The translations under genes and the position numbers were made by a program. Below the pieces are notes generated by a model. The model worked only from the letters and a program-made list of their open reading frames with translations, ran no database searches and was not told the DNA's origin. 64,000 bases of DNA from Acidimicrobiales bacterium (GTDB lineage Bacteria; Actinomycetota; Acidimicrobiia; Acidimicrobiales; Bin134): NCBI GenBank assembly GCA_965231915.1, contig OZ246892.1, positions 1,092,514-1,156,513 of the forward strand, given 5' to 3'. This document shows positions 16,893 through 24,954 of this stretch, in pieces (within the stretch, counting starts at the first letter, position 1; each line of letters opens with the position of its first letter).

Positions 16893-19648
16893 GGCTCCAC
16901 CGTTTCGTTGGTCGCGGGCATGTGCGGTTCCTCGGGGTCGTCGGCGTGGCCCAGGTACGCCTCCTTGACCGCCTGGTCGTCGCGGATCTCGGCAGGAATG
17001 CCGGTAGCGATGACCCTGCCGAAATCGATCACCACGATGCGGTCGCAGGTTGACATCACCAGGCCGACGTCGTGTTCCACGAGCAGAACGGCCATGTTCC
17101 GTTCGTCGGCGAGCCGACGGATCAACGTGGCCAGCTCGCGGCTCTCGCTTTCGTCAAGGCCTGCGGCCGGTTCGTCGAGCATCAGCACCGAAGGCCCTGA
17201 CGCAACGGTGCGGGCGATGCCCGCCAGGCGCCGCTGGCCGTAGGGGAGCTCACCCGGGAGTTGTCCGAGATGCGGCTCGAGCTTGAACTCGTGTACGGCC
17301 GAGACCGCAGTCGACGGCAGATCGTGTCGTCCCGGCCAGAACAGGTCGGTGAGCCACGAGAGCTTCGTGGCGCCTCGGTCGGACCCTGCCCGGATGTTGT
17401 CCTCAACGCTTAGATCCTCGAACAGCTCGAGGGACTGGAACGATCGCCGAAGCCCGAGGCGGGCGCGTCGGCTGGCGCCGAGGTGCCCGATGTCGGTGTC
17501 GTCGAGCGACAGCGAACCCTCAGCAGGACGGACGAACCCGGTGACGGCATCGATGATCGTGGTCTTGCCCGCGCCGTTCGGGCCGATCAATCCCACCACC
17601 TCGCCGGGTCGAACCTGGAATGACACCTTTTCGACGGCGGTCACGCCGCCGAATCGAACGGTCAGATTCTCGATGCTCAGGGTGGCCGGCGTGACCTGCT
17701 CGACGAGCGCCGGGGGGAGCGGTTGGCGCGGCGCAGGGCGCGACGCCAGCCTCAGCTTCTCCCAGAGGTGCCGTGTATGCCTGGCCGCGATGTCGGCCAC
17801 GCCGTTCTGGTGAGTGATCAGGATCACCAGAACGATGATGCTGCCGAGGATCAGATCCCACTTGTCGCCGAGGTGGAGCCAGTCCTCCACGACGCGGGTG
17901 CTGAGACCGCCGACGGCGTTCAGCGTGGCGAACGCACCGCCGAGGACGTAGCCCAATCCGCCGACCACGGCGATGCCGACGGAGTTGATCGACTCGAAGA
18001 CGTTGAATCCGCCGTACTGGATTACCTGGCTCCGGAAGCCGATCAAGATGCCGGCCGCAGCAGCCAGCCCGGCGGCGATGGCGAAGGCGTAGAGCTTCAC
18101 CCCGAAGACGCTGATCCCCAGAGATGCCGCCGCTCGTTCGTTGGTCCGCACCGCGATCAGGCGCCGCCCAGTTCTCGATCGTCTGAGGTTGGCCACGACC
18201 AACGCCAAGAGCACGAAGACGACAAGGTTGACGATGGCCCAGGCCTTCGGATGGTTGAACGCATCGACCTTGATGCCGAATATCTCCACCAGGCCGATCT
18301 TGGTGCCGCCGTCGAGGAAGTCGCCGAGGTAGTTCGGGTTGGCGAACACCATCTCGGACACGGTGAAGCCGAGCCCGAGGGTGACGACGGCGAGGTTCAC
18401 TCCCCGGGTGCGAAGGGCGGGCAGAGCGAACAGCAGCCCGACCGGAATGGTGAGCAGCACCCCCAGAAGCATCGCGAGCTCGACCGGCACGTCGGCGCGC
18501 ACCAGCCGGCCGGCTATGAGCGCTCCGATTCCGGCGAGGGCCCACTGGGCAAGCGAGATCTGGCCGGCGTATCCCGTCAACACCACGATCGACAGGATCA
18601 TGACGCCGGCTGCCAGCGAGACGTAGGTTGCCTGCGCCCACGAGTCGTTCATGACCGTGAACAACAGGACCAGCACGACTCCCGACGCGATGAGCACGCC
18701 CTTTATGTTGACCTCGCCGGTCCCGAGTCGGGGCAGGCGCTCGGCGACATGCGACCGCAACGGGAGACCGCGCCCCCCGGCGACAACCACCAAGAAGATC
18801 ACCAGGAAGGCCGACGCCCGGTTGAGGCCCGTGATCAGGTCCTGGCCGAAGAAGCTCTCGATGTCGCCCTTGTAGAGGGTGGCGAGCGTCTCGCCCACGC
18901 CTACCACGAGCCCGCCGACCAATGTCAGCGGAAACGAGTGGAAGCCGCCCAGCAGTGCGGCGGCGAGCCCTGCGACCGTCACCACGATGGTGAACGTCGA
19001 GACCGACAAGCCGGTGAGGGGTGCGGCCAGCACCGCGGCGAGTCCTGCCAGGCCGCCGCCGACCCCCCATGTGAGGGCGGCAAGGCGGTCAGTGGACCAG
19101 CCGAGGGTGCGGACGGCTCGTTCGTTCTGCGCGCTCGCGTTTATGGCGAGACCGACTCGGGTGTAGCGGGTCCAGGCCCAGAGCACGAGCGTCACGAAAA
19201 GGGTGATCCCGACGATGTAGATCCGCTCCTCTTGGACCCTCACGCCGCCCCAGTTGAAGACGTCGTTGGGGAGGTAGGAGTCGACGGGGACGTTTGCACC
19301 GCCGTATCGCTTCTCGACGATCGCCTGGAGCAGGCCCAAAAGCCCGATGGTCGCGATGACGCGCACGATCGCGGCGGCGTTTTTGAGGCGGCGGAGGACG
19401 ACCTGCTGGAACAACAGGGCGACGGCCGCCGCCGCAGCCACGCCGACGACCAGGGCCGGGAAGGTCGACCAATCTCGCCGGCCCACGAGCTCGACGAAGG
19501 TGAGGTAGGCGGTCATCGTGCCGATGGCGCCCTGACTGAAGTTGACCAGGCCCGAGCCCCGGTAAATCAGCACGGTCCCTTGCGCGAACAGCGCATAGGT
19601 GGCCCCCGCGCCGAGCCCCAAGACCACGAATTGTAGGAAGGACTGCAC
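16889..19648 (-). CDS. fused LivH-LivM permeases + LivG ATPase (919 aa)
   Basis: N-terminal LivH-like (LGAGATYALFAQGTVLIYRGSGLVNFSQG), central LivM-like (LTGYAGQISLAQWALAGIGA), C-terminal NBD (GPNGAGKTT, LPYGQRRL, LMLDEPAAGL). Confidence 0.85.
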   Translation of the reverse strand: MQSFLQFVVLGLGAGATYALFAQGTVLIYRGSGLVNFSQGAIGTMTAYLTFVELVGRRDWSTFPALVVGVAAAAAVALLFQQVVLRRLKNAAAIVRVIATIGLLGLLQAIVEKRYGGANVPVDSYLPNDVFNWGGVRVQEERIYIVGITLFVTLVLWAWTRYTRVGLAINASAQNERAVRTLGWSTDRLAALTWGVGGGLAGLAAVLAAPLTGLSVSTFTIVVTVAGLAAALLGGFHSFPLTLVGGLVVGVGETLATLYKGDIESFFGQDLITGLNRASAFLVIFLVVVAGGRGLPLRSHVAERLPRLGTGEVNIKGVLIASGVVLVLLFTVMNDSWAQATYVSLAAGVMILSIVVLTGYAGQISLAQWALAGIGALIAGRLVRADVPVELAMLLGVLLTIPVGLLFALPALRTRGVNLAVVTLGLGFTVSEMVFANPNYLGDFLDGGTKIGLVEIFGIKVDAFNHPKAWAIVNLVVFVLLALVVANLRRSRTGRRLIAVRTNERAAASLGISVFGVKLYAFAIAAGLAAAAGILIGFRSQVIQYGGFNVFESINSVGIAVVGGLGYVLGGAFATLNAVGGLSTRVVEDWLHLGDKWDLILGSIIVLVILITHQNGVADIAARHTRHLWEKLRLASRPAPRQPLPPALVEQVTPATLSIENLTVRFGGVTAVEKVSFQVRPGEVVGLIGPNGAGKTTIIDAVTGFVRPAEGSLSLDDTDIGHLGASRRARLGLRRSFQSLELFEDLSVEDNIRAGSDRGATKLSWLTDLFWPGRHDLPSTAVSAVHEFKLEPHLGQLPGELPYGQRRLAGIARTVASGPSVLMLDEPAAGLDESESRELATLIRRLADERNMAVLLVEHDVGLVMSTCDRIVVIDFGRVIATGIPAEIRDDQAVKEAYLGHADDPEEPHMPATNETVEP

Positions 19649-19752
19649 TTTCCTCCCCCTATTGGGTTCTTTCTGGTTCCGACGATAGGCCGGGTCATGA
19701 ACGGTGGTGGCGCCGGCTGGGCCGGCCCCACCACCAGAGGTCTACCGGATTG

Positions 19753-21303
19753 CTACGAGCACGGCACGCCGAACGGCGAATCGCAGATCGTATCGCCGAA
19801 GACGGCTTCGCTCAGCAACACGAAATTCCCGGGATTGCCGTCGAACTCAGCGGTCGGATCCCAGGCGTAGAAGCTGTAGTCGCCGGTTCCCGTGCGGGTG
19901 AAAATTCCCTGGTGGTTGAATGACGGTGTCCAGTCGCTGTTCATCAGGCCGAGCATGGGGACGTCCTCGGCCGCGTCGATCAACGCCTTGATGTTCTCAC
20001 GGCTGAAGTCTGTGGTCCCAGCATCGCGCAGGATGTGCAAAAGTGCATAGAGCCCCACCCACGACCGCATCGGGCTCGACTTGAGGTTCTCGCGCTGGAG
20101 CTCTTCGATCCCCGACGCCGCCAGGTCCGCCGCTATCACATCGACGACCGGGTCGTCGAATGTCGCAGGTGGGATTGCGGCGTTCAGGATGATCTGGCTG
20201 GCGAAGTCGCCGAGGTCGGCGATGTCGGAGTAGGGGAACGTGCCCAGGCTGCCCGAGATCACGAGCTCGGAGCCGAGATCTCGAGCAGCGTTCATCAGCT
20301 GGATTGCCTCCTGGCCACCCAGCGCCACGACCACACCTTCAGCTCCCGCATTCTCGGCGGCCAGCACGAACTGGCTGTAGTCCGTCGTTCCGGCAGGAAC
20401 CGGGGAGTCGGTCACGAACTCGGCGCCGTTGTCGCCGAATACGGGCACGAACAACGCGGATACGATCGCCGCGGTTGCTGGGAGGTCGACCCGGACCATG
20501 GCCATCTTGGTGATTCCCTCGTCCAGGAGAACCTGGGGCATCATGATTGTAGTGCCGAGCCCGCCCGCGTCAAAGGGGTAGGCATTGGTGTCGGGGTAGT
20601 CGGTCTGGGTGGGGCTGATGGCGAAGCGGGGAATGCCCGCAGCAGCGAACCCGGCTGCGACGTCGGCCTGCGCGGCGGTTGACGAGTCATTCACGGTGAC
20701 GGCGACGCCGGCCTGGTCCATCGTGCGGACACACTCGAGGGCCTGGTTCGGATCGGCATTGTCGTCACAGTTCGTGACTTCAATGCAGTGACCGTTCGCA
20801 CCGCCGCGGGCATTGAAAGCCTCGGCCGATGCCTCGAGCGCCTGCGCCTGGTCCACGAGGGTCAGCACGCCGGTCGCGAAGACGGTCGTGAGTCCGATGT
20901 GGAGCGTATCGAGCGACTCGTCGCATGGGCCGTCGTCCCAGAGGCCGAGAGCGACCAGGTCGATGCCGCCGTCTCCACTGTCGTCAGCGGTTTCGGCCCC
21001 GTCGTCTTCGGGCTCTGCGGCCCCGTCGTCTTCGGGCTCTGCGCCGTCGTCTTCGGGCTCTGCGGCGCCGTCGTCTGGCTCTGCCCCGTCGTCAGCGGTT
21101 TCGGCCCCGCCGTCGTCTGGCTCTGCCCCGTCGTCGTCTGGCTCTGCGGCGTCGGCAGTGGGCTCCGGGGCGTCGCCACCAGACGGTTCCTCAGTCCTGT
21201 CGTCACCTCCGGCGCCGGTGTCGTCGTCATTGCCGCAGGCGGCCGCCACCAGCGCGAATACGAGCAACAAGCTCGTCAATCTCAGCAAGAGTCTTTTAGG
21301 CAT
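19753..21303 (-). CDS. Liv-type ABC substrate-binding lipoprotein with acidic repeat linker
   Basis: Lipobox LVAAAC; about 65 aa of (A)EP(E/D)DDGA repeats; then a type-I periplasmic-binding-fold-length domain. Confidence 0.8.
   Translation of the reverse strand: MPKRLLLRLTSLLLVFALVAAACGNDDDTGAGGDDRTEEPSGGDAPEPTADAAEPDDDGAEPDDGGAETADDGAEPDDGAAEPEDDGAEPEDDGAAEPEDDGAETADDSGDGGIDLVALGLWDDGPCDESLDTLHIGLTTVFATGVLTLVDQAQALEASAEAFNARGGANGHCIEVTNCDDNADPNQALECVRTMDQAGVAVTVNDSSTAAQADVAAGFAAAGIPRFAISPTQTDYPDTNAYPFDAGGLGTTIMMPQVLLDEGITKMAMVRVDLPATAAIVSALFVPVFGDNGAEFVTDSPVPAGTTDYSQFVLAAENAGAEGVVVALGGQEAIQLMNAARDLGSELVISGSLGTFPYSDIADLGDFASQIILNAAIPPATFDDPVVDVIAADLAASGIEELQRENLKSSPMRSWVGLYALLHILRDAGTTDFSRENIKALIDAAEDVPMLGLMNSDWTPSFNHQGIFTRTGTGDYSFYAWDPTAEFDGNPGNFVLLSEAVFGDTICDSPFGVPCS
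20974..21171 (-). repeat. in-frame tandem repeats encoding AEPEDDGA-type acidic linker
   Basis: Recurrent GCCCCGTCGTCTTCGGGCTCTGCG-like units on the + strand. Confidence 0.75.
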
Positions 21304-21325
21304 CTGTTCACAGATCCTTTCCTCG

Positions 21326-21348
21326 GACGACCCGCAGCGCGGGTCGTC
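21326..21348. promoter_or_regulatory. perfect 10-bp stem / 3-nt loop hairpin in the 5' leader of the SBP gene
   Basis: GACGACCCGC-AGC-GCGGGTCGTC, 22 nt upstream of the SBP start and abutting its GAGGAAAGGA RBS. Confidence 0.35.
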
Positions 21349-21379
21349 GGTTCGCTAGTCGCCCGGGTCCTTCCAGCCC

Positions 21380-21454
21380 CGACCGAACTCAACCAGGTTT
21401 GACAGATGCGCCAGTTTAGGCGTGTGTCCGCGGTCGCTTCCAGTCTCATCTGAC
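21380..21454. repeat. imperfect ~75-bp direct repeat, copy A
   Basis: GACCGAAC...TTAGG..GTGTGTCCGCGGTCGCTTCC....CTGAC resembles 21550-21612. Confidence 0.4.
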
Positions 21455-21462
21455 ACTTATGT

Positions 21463-21526
21463 CAATCACAGCATTCAGCAATCACAGCATTCAGCAATCA
21501 CAGCATTCAGCAATCACAGCATTCAG
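21463..21526. repeat. 4 perfect tandem copies of a 16-bp unit CAATCACAGCATTCAG
   Basis: Read directly; relatively AT-rich; lies in the 413-bp divergent intergenic region between the SBP operon and the ACAD gene. Confidence 0.95.
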
Positions 21527-21549
21527 GTAGTTGGCCGACCCCCTCGGAG

Positions 21550-21612
21550 CCGACCGAACCCAATTGCTGCGTTAGGTCAGGCATGTGTCGACGGTCGCTG
21601 CCGGCTACCTGA
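21550..21612. repeat. imperfect direct repeat, copy B
   Basis: CGACCGAAC...TTAGG...ATGTGTCGACGGTCGCTGCC....CTGAC; offset ~170 bp from copy A. Confidence 0.4.
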
Positions 21613-21716
21613 CGGTCGCGTCAACCGTTCGGTAACGTAGGCGAGGAGTTTCAGCAGTCTATGCCTGAGCCGGTTCGGGTTGGTCGAAGCAGCACAGGGA
21701 GCGAAAGAAGGAGATC

Positions 21717-22817
21717 TTGGAACCTCATTTGGAGCTGCGCGCCGATCTGGCCGAGATCATGCCGGTGCATCAGGAGCGGTGGGGCGATTCGACGGAGTGG
21801 GAGGCCAACGTCGATTTTCAACGCCGGCTGTCGTCTAGGGGATGGACGGTGCCGGCGTGGCCGGTCGAAGCGGGGGGCCGCGGCCTGGGCATCGAGCAGC
21901 AGATCGCGTGCGACAAAGAATTCAACCGGGCCGGCTGCCCTACCCGGGTCGCGGTCTACGGCGTGAACAACGTCGGTCCTACGATCCTCGCGGTCGGGAA
22001 CGAGGACCAGCAGCGCCACGCCCGAGCCATCGCCGAGGCGACCGAGTTCTGGTGCCAGGGGTTCAGCGAGCCCGACAGCGGCTCCGATCTCGCCGGTCTT
22101 CGGTGCCGGGCAGAGATCGACGGCGACGACTTCGTCATCAACGGTTCGAAGATCTGGACATCGATCGGGTTGTGGGCCAGCCACTGCATGTTGCTCGCCC
22201 GGACCGATCCAGAGGCGCCGAAGCATAAGGGGATCTCGGCACTGCTTGTTCCCCTCGACCTCTCGGGTATCGAGCGCCGTCCGATCAAGCAGCTCAACGG
22301 CGAGGCCGAATTCGCAGAGCTCCACTTCACCGATGTGAGGGTCCCAACAACCTCGTTGCTCGGCCCCCTGAACGGAGGGTGGGGAGTGACGATGGCTACC
22401 CTTGGCTTCGAGCGTGCCGGGGTCATCGGCAGGGCGGGTCAGCTGGCAGACGATGCCGACCGCGTGATTCGCGAGGTCGCTTCGCAGGGTACGCTTGATC
22501 CGGTCGGACGAGACCTCGGCATGAAGCTGTGGGCCAAGGGTCAAGTCGTGGGCTGGATGAGTCAGCGGGCATTAGCGGAGACGACGTCCGACGGCGTTAG
22601 CGGCTCGATCATCAAGCTGATGTTCTCGATCATCTCCCAGGAGCTCGGAGAGTTCGAGTCCTCGGTGATCGGCCCAAAGGCCATGCTCGACGGGCCGCAC
22701 AACGCCGAGCTGCTTCGCAGCAGGGCAGCCACCATCGCCGGAGGCACCACCGAGGTCATGAAGAACATCCTCGGCGAACGGGCCCTTGGGCTGCCCCGAG
22801 AGCCCAGGGTCGGCTAG
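21717..22817 (+). CDS. acyl-CoA dehydrogenase family protein
   Basis: FWCQGFSEPDSGSDLAGL, INGSKIWTS, C-terminal IAGGTTEVMKNILGE; TTG start preceded by GAAGGAG. Confidence 0.85.
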   Translation: MEPHLELRADLAEIMPVHQERWGDSTEWEANVDFQRRLSSRGWTVPAWPVEAGGRGLGIEQQIACDKEFNRAGCPTRVAVYGVNNVGPTILAVGNEDQQRHARAIAEATEFWCQGFSEPDSGSDLAGLRCRAEIDGDDFVINGSKIWTSIGLWASHCMLLARTDPEAPKHKGISALLVPLDLSGIERRPIKQLNGEAEFAELHFTDVRVPTTSLLGPLNGGWGVTMATLGFERAGVIGRAGQLADDADRVIREVASQGTLDPVGRDLGMKLWAKGQVVGWMSQRALAETTSDGVSGSIIKLMFSIISQELGEFESSVIGPKAMLDGPHNAELLRSRAATIAGGTTEVMKNILGERALGLPREPRVG

Positions 22818-22914
22818 AAGGCCGCCGGCCCCAGCGGCCGCGCATAACCCGGGTGCAAGGGATCGTCGCAACACCTCAGAGGGGGAGGTTTGCGATGGGT
22901 GATTTCGAGGAGCG

Positions 22915-23550
22915 TCAGGAGGTCAGCAGCGAGCAGATGACCCGGGCGCCCGCTTTGACGATATCGTTGCGGGTCACTGTGGGGTTGTAGAGATTCTGAT
23001 GCGTCCATGTGCGCTCCAGCATGCTGAGGATGAGGAGACCGAGATGCTCGTCTTCGGCGAGCGGTTCCTCTCGGAGCGAGTTGAGCTTTGCCCCCAAGAT
23101 CGCGCAAGTGTGAAGGTGGGTCTTCATGCTGGCCAAGTGCAGCTCTTCGTCTTCATAAGCGGCCTGGTTCCACGCCAAGCCGAAGCTGCCGTACTTGTCG
23201 AAGAAGCCCATGCTCTCGCGCAGCCAGTCCTCAATGTCGGTGACCGACCAGTTGGGTGGCAAGCGATCGAGATTGTCAAAGGCGTCGCGGGCGGCCGTTA
23301 TATTGCCGGCCCCGAGCGCGAGCAGCGCGTCCCGCTTGGTCGGGAAGTAGGTGTAGAAGGACGCTCTTGAAACTCCGGCCTTTTCCGTGATGTCCTCGAT
23401 CGTCGTTCCCCCGTATCCCCGGGTGATGAAGACCTCGCGGGTGGCGTCGAGGATTTTCTCGATTGTGCGTTGTGCCCGTGGACCGAGGGAGGTTGCGGGT
23501 TGCCGGATTGTTGGGGCAAGAACAGCTTCGGTCGCGAACTTCTTTGACAC
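22915..23550 (-). CDS. TetR-family transcriptional regulator
   Basis: N-terminal HTH GYGGTTIEDITEKAGVSRASFYTYFPTKRD. Confidence 0.85.
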   Translation of the reverse strand: MSKKFATEAVLAPTIRQPATSLGPRAQRTIEKILDATREVFITRGYGGTTIEDITEKAGVSRASFYTYFPTKRDALLALGAGNITAARDAFDNLDRLPPNWSVTDIEDWLRESMGFFDKYGSFGLAWNQAAYEDEELHLASMKTHLHTCAILGAKLNSLREEPLAEDEHLGLLILSMLERTWTHQNLYNPTVTRNDIVKAGARVICSLLTS

Positions 23551-23656
23551 AGCACGCCTCTCCGTTGTAGCTAATTCCTCGGCACCGAGCGTGCCAACTG
23601 AAATGCGCCGTCACCAAACTACCGGCCACGGTGCGTCTCATGTGCAACAGAGTCGG

Positions 23657-23863
23657 ATGCCTAGCGGGCGGTCTGATCTACTTGCATTTCCATGTCTTGT
23701 CGGCTGCGGGCTGTCCACCAGTTCGATCTACCGGTTTATGCGAGATGGCCTGTTCCCCGAGCCGGTCCGCATCGGCAGGCGCGCTGTGCGCTGGCATGCG
23801 TCGGAGACCGACGCATGGCTCTCATCGCGTCCCCGCGCCGCCGGCGATCGCCCCGCCGTATAG
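23657..23863 (+). CDS. AlpA/Xis-like MerR-type DNA-binding protein (copy 1)
   Basis: GLSTSSIYRFMRDGLFPEPVRIGRRAVRWHASETDAWL; paralog of 30037-30315. Confidence 0.7.
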   Translation: MPSGRSDLLAFPCLVGCGLSTSSIYRFMRDGLFPEPVRIGRRAVRWHASETDAWLSSRPRAAGDRPAV

Positions 23864-23973
23864 GCAGCCGATTATCCGTGTCGAATCCCAGCGCTAGTGC
23901 CGCAAGAGGCGGCCGAGGGCTGGGCTGTGGGGTGAGCAGGCAGCGGCAGCCGCCAACAGGGAGACAGTCGGAT

Positions 23974-24411
23974 ATGGGCGTGAGGCACTCATCGGCGCAG
24001 CGGAAGCGCTTGGCGTTGAAGGCAAAAGAGCGCGGCGTTGAAGCCGTGGCCAAGCAGGCTGGCGTCAAGCCCGGCACTGTGCGGGACTGGTGCGCCGAGT
24101 TCGGCGTGGGCATTGGAACCAGCGGCAGCAGCCAGGCTGCGACCGCTCCTTTTCACGAGGTTGACTTGCTTGAGGCAGCGACTTGCGGCCTCGACGACTT
24201 CGCGGATTCCAATAACATCCAAGAAATGGACGGTTTGGTCAAAAAGGCGGGGGACGCGCTGTCTTGTGAGCTGTCGGCTTGGCTTGCCGATGCCGACAGC
24301 AGGGAGCTTGCCTCAAAGAGGCTGGGAGATGTGATCTCCGACTGGGAGGCTGAGCACGGCACGATTACCGCCGAAGAGCTTGACGAGGCGCGTGCCCAAC
24401 TCTTTGGATGA
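23974..24411 (+). CDS. HTH protein, putative antitoxin of the downstream PIN toxin
   Basis: GVEAVAKQAGVKPGTVRDWC HTH-like segment, acidic C-terminus, GGGAG RBS, ATGA overlap with the PIN gene. Confidence 0.55.
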   Translation: MGVRHSSAQRKRLALKAKERGVEAVAKQAGVKPGTVRDWCAEFGVGIGTSGSSQAATAPFHEVDLLEAATCGLDDFADSNNIQEMDGLVKKAGDALSCELSAWLADADSRELASKRLGDVISDWEAEHGTITAEELDEARAQLFG

Positions 24412-24803
24412 CGGTCTTCGTATTGGACGCCGGTGAGCTGATCGGACTCGACAGCGACAGCCGGGCTGCTTGGGCGAGGCTCCATGCGGCGCGCAGGAAT
24501 TCCGATGGTCTCATTGTCCCGACCGGGGTGATCGGGCAAGTGTGGCGCGGCACTCCTCAGCAGGCGCGGCTCAATCAGGCACTCAAGCAATGCAGGCCGA
24601 TACCGCTGGACGAGGACACGGCACGCCTGGCCGTCTATCTGTGCGGGCGTACCGGTACCTCCGATGTGATAGACGCAGTCGTCGCGGTTGTTGCGCACAG
24701 TGCTGTGAGACACGGCGAGGCTTCGGTCCTAACCTCAGATCCCGAAGACATCAGCGCGCTGCTCGCGATTCTGAACTCAACGGAGAAAGTCGTGCCAGTC
24801 TGA
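24408..24803 (+). CDS. vapC: PIN-domain toxin (VapC-like)
   Basis: VFVLDAG (first acidic residue), SDVIDAVVAVVA, VLTSDPEDI. Confidence 0.75.
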   Translation: MTVFVLDAGELIGLDSDSRAAWARLHAARRNSDGLIVPTGVIGQVWRGTPQQARLNQALKQCRPIPLDEDTARLAVYLCGRTGTSDVIDAVVAVVAHSAVRHGEASVLTSDPEDISALLAILNSTEKVVPV

Positions 24804-24903
24804 CGCGAAAGCGGACGGCCTACCAGACACGGGCGCTCAAGACGAGTCACAAGGGCCATCCAAGAACCTTGCCCCTGGCGATTCCATCTCATAGGAGTTC
24901 AAC

Positions 24904-24954
24904 ATGAACGCTGATCCCAGCAAGGCCGACGACAGAAGGGGTCTCCAAAGTTGA
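24904..24954 (+). CDS. possible 16-codon leader ORF coupled (TTGA) to the HNH gene
   Basis: AGGAG 6-7 nt upstream of ATG 24904; its TGA overlaps the TTG start at 24951. Confidence 0.25.
   Translation: MNADPSKADDRRGLQS

Noticed and set aside
17723-19636. 637-aa ORF antisense to the LivH-LivM-LivG fusion (also 17520-19070 minus in another frame)
   Set aside because: Composition is low-complexity Asp/Arg/Gly/His-rich. The sense frame has clear permease and NBD motifs.
21463-21526. Possible CRISPR array
   Set aside because: The repeats are directly adjacent with no spacers, the unit is only 16 bp, and there are no cas genes in the window. It is classified as a simple tandem repeat.
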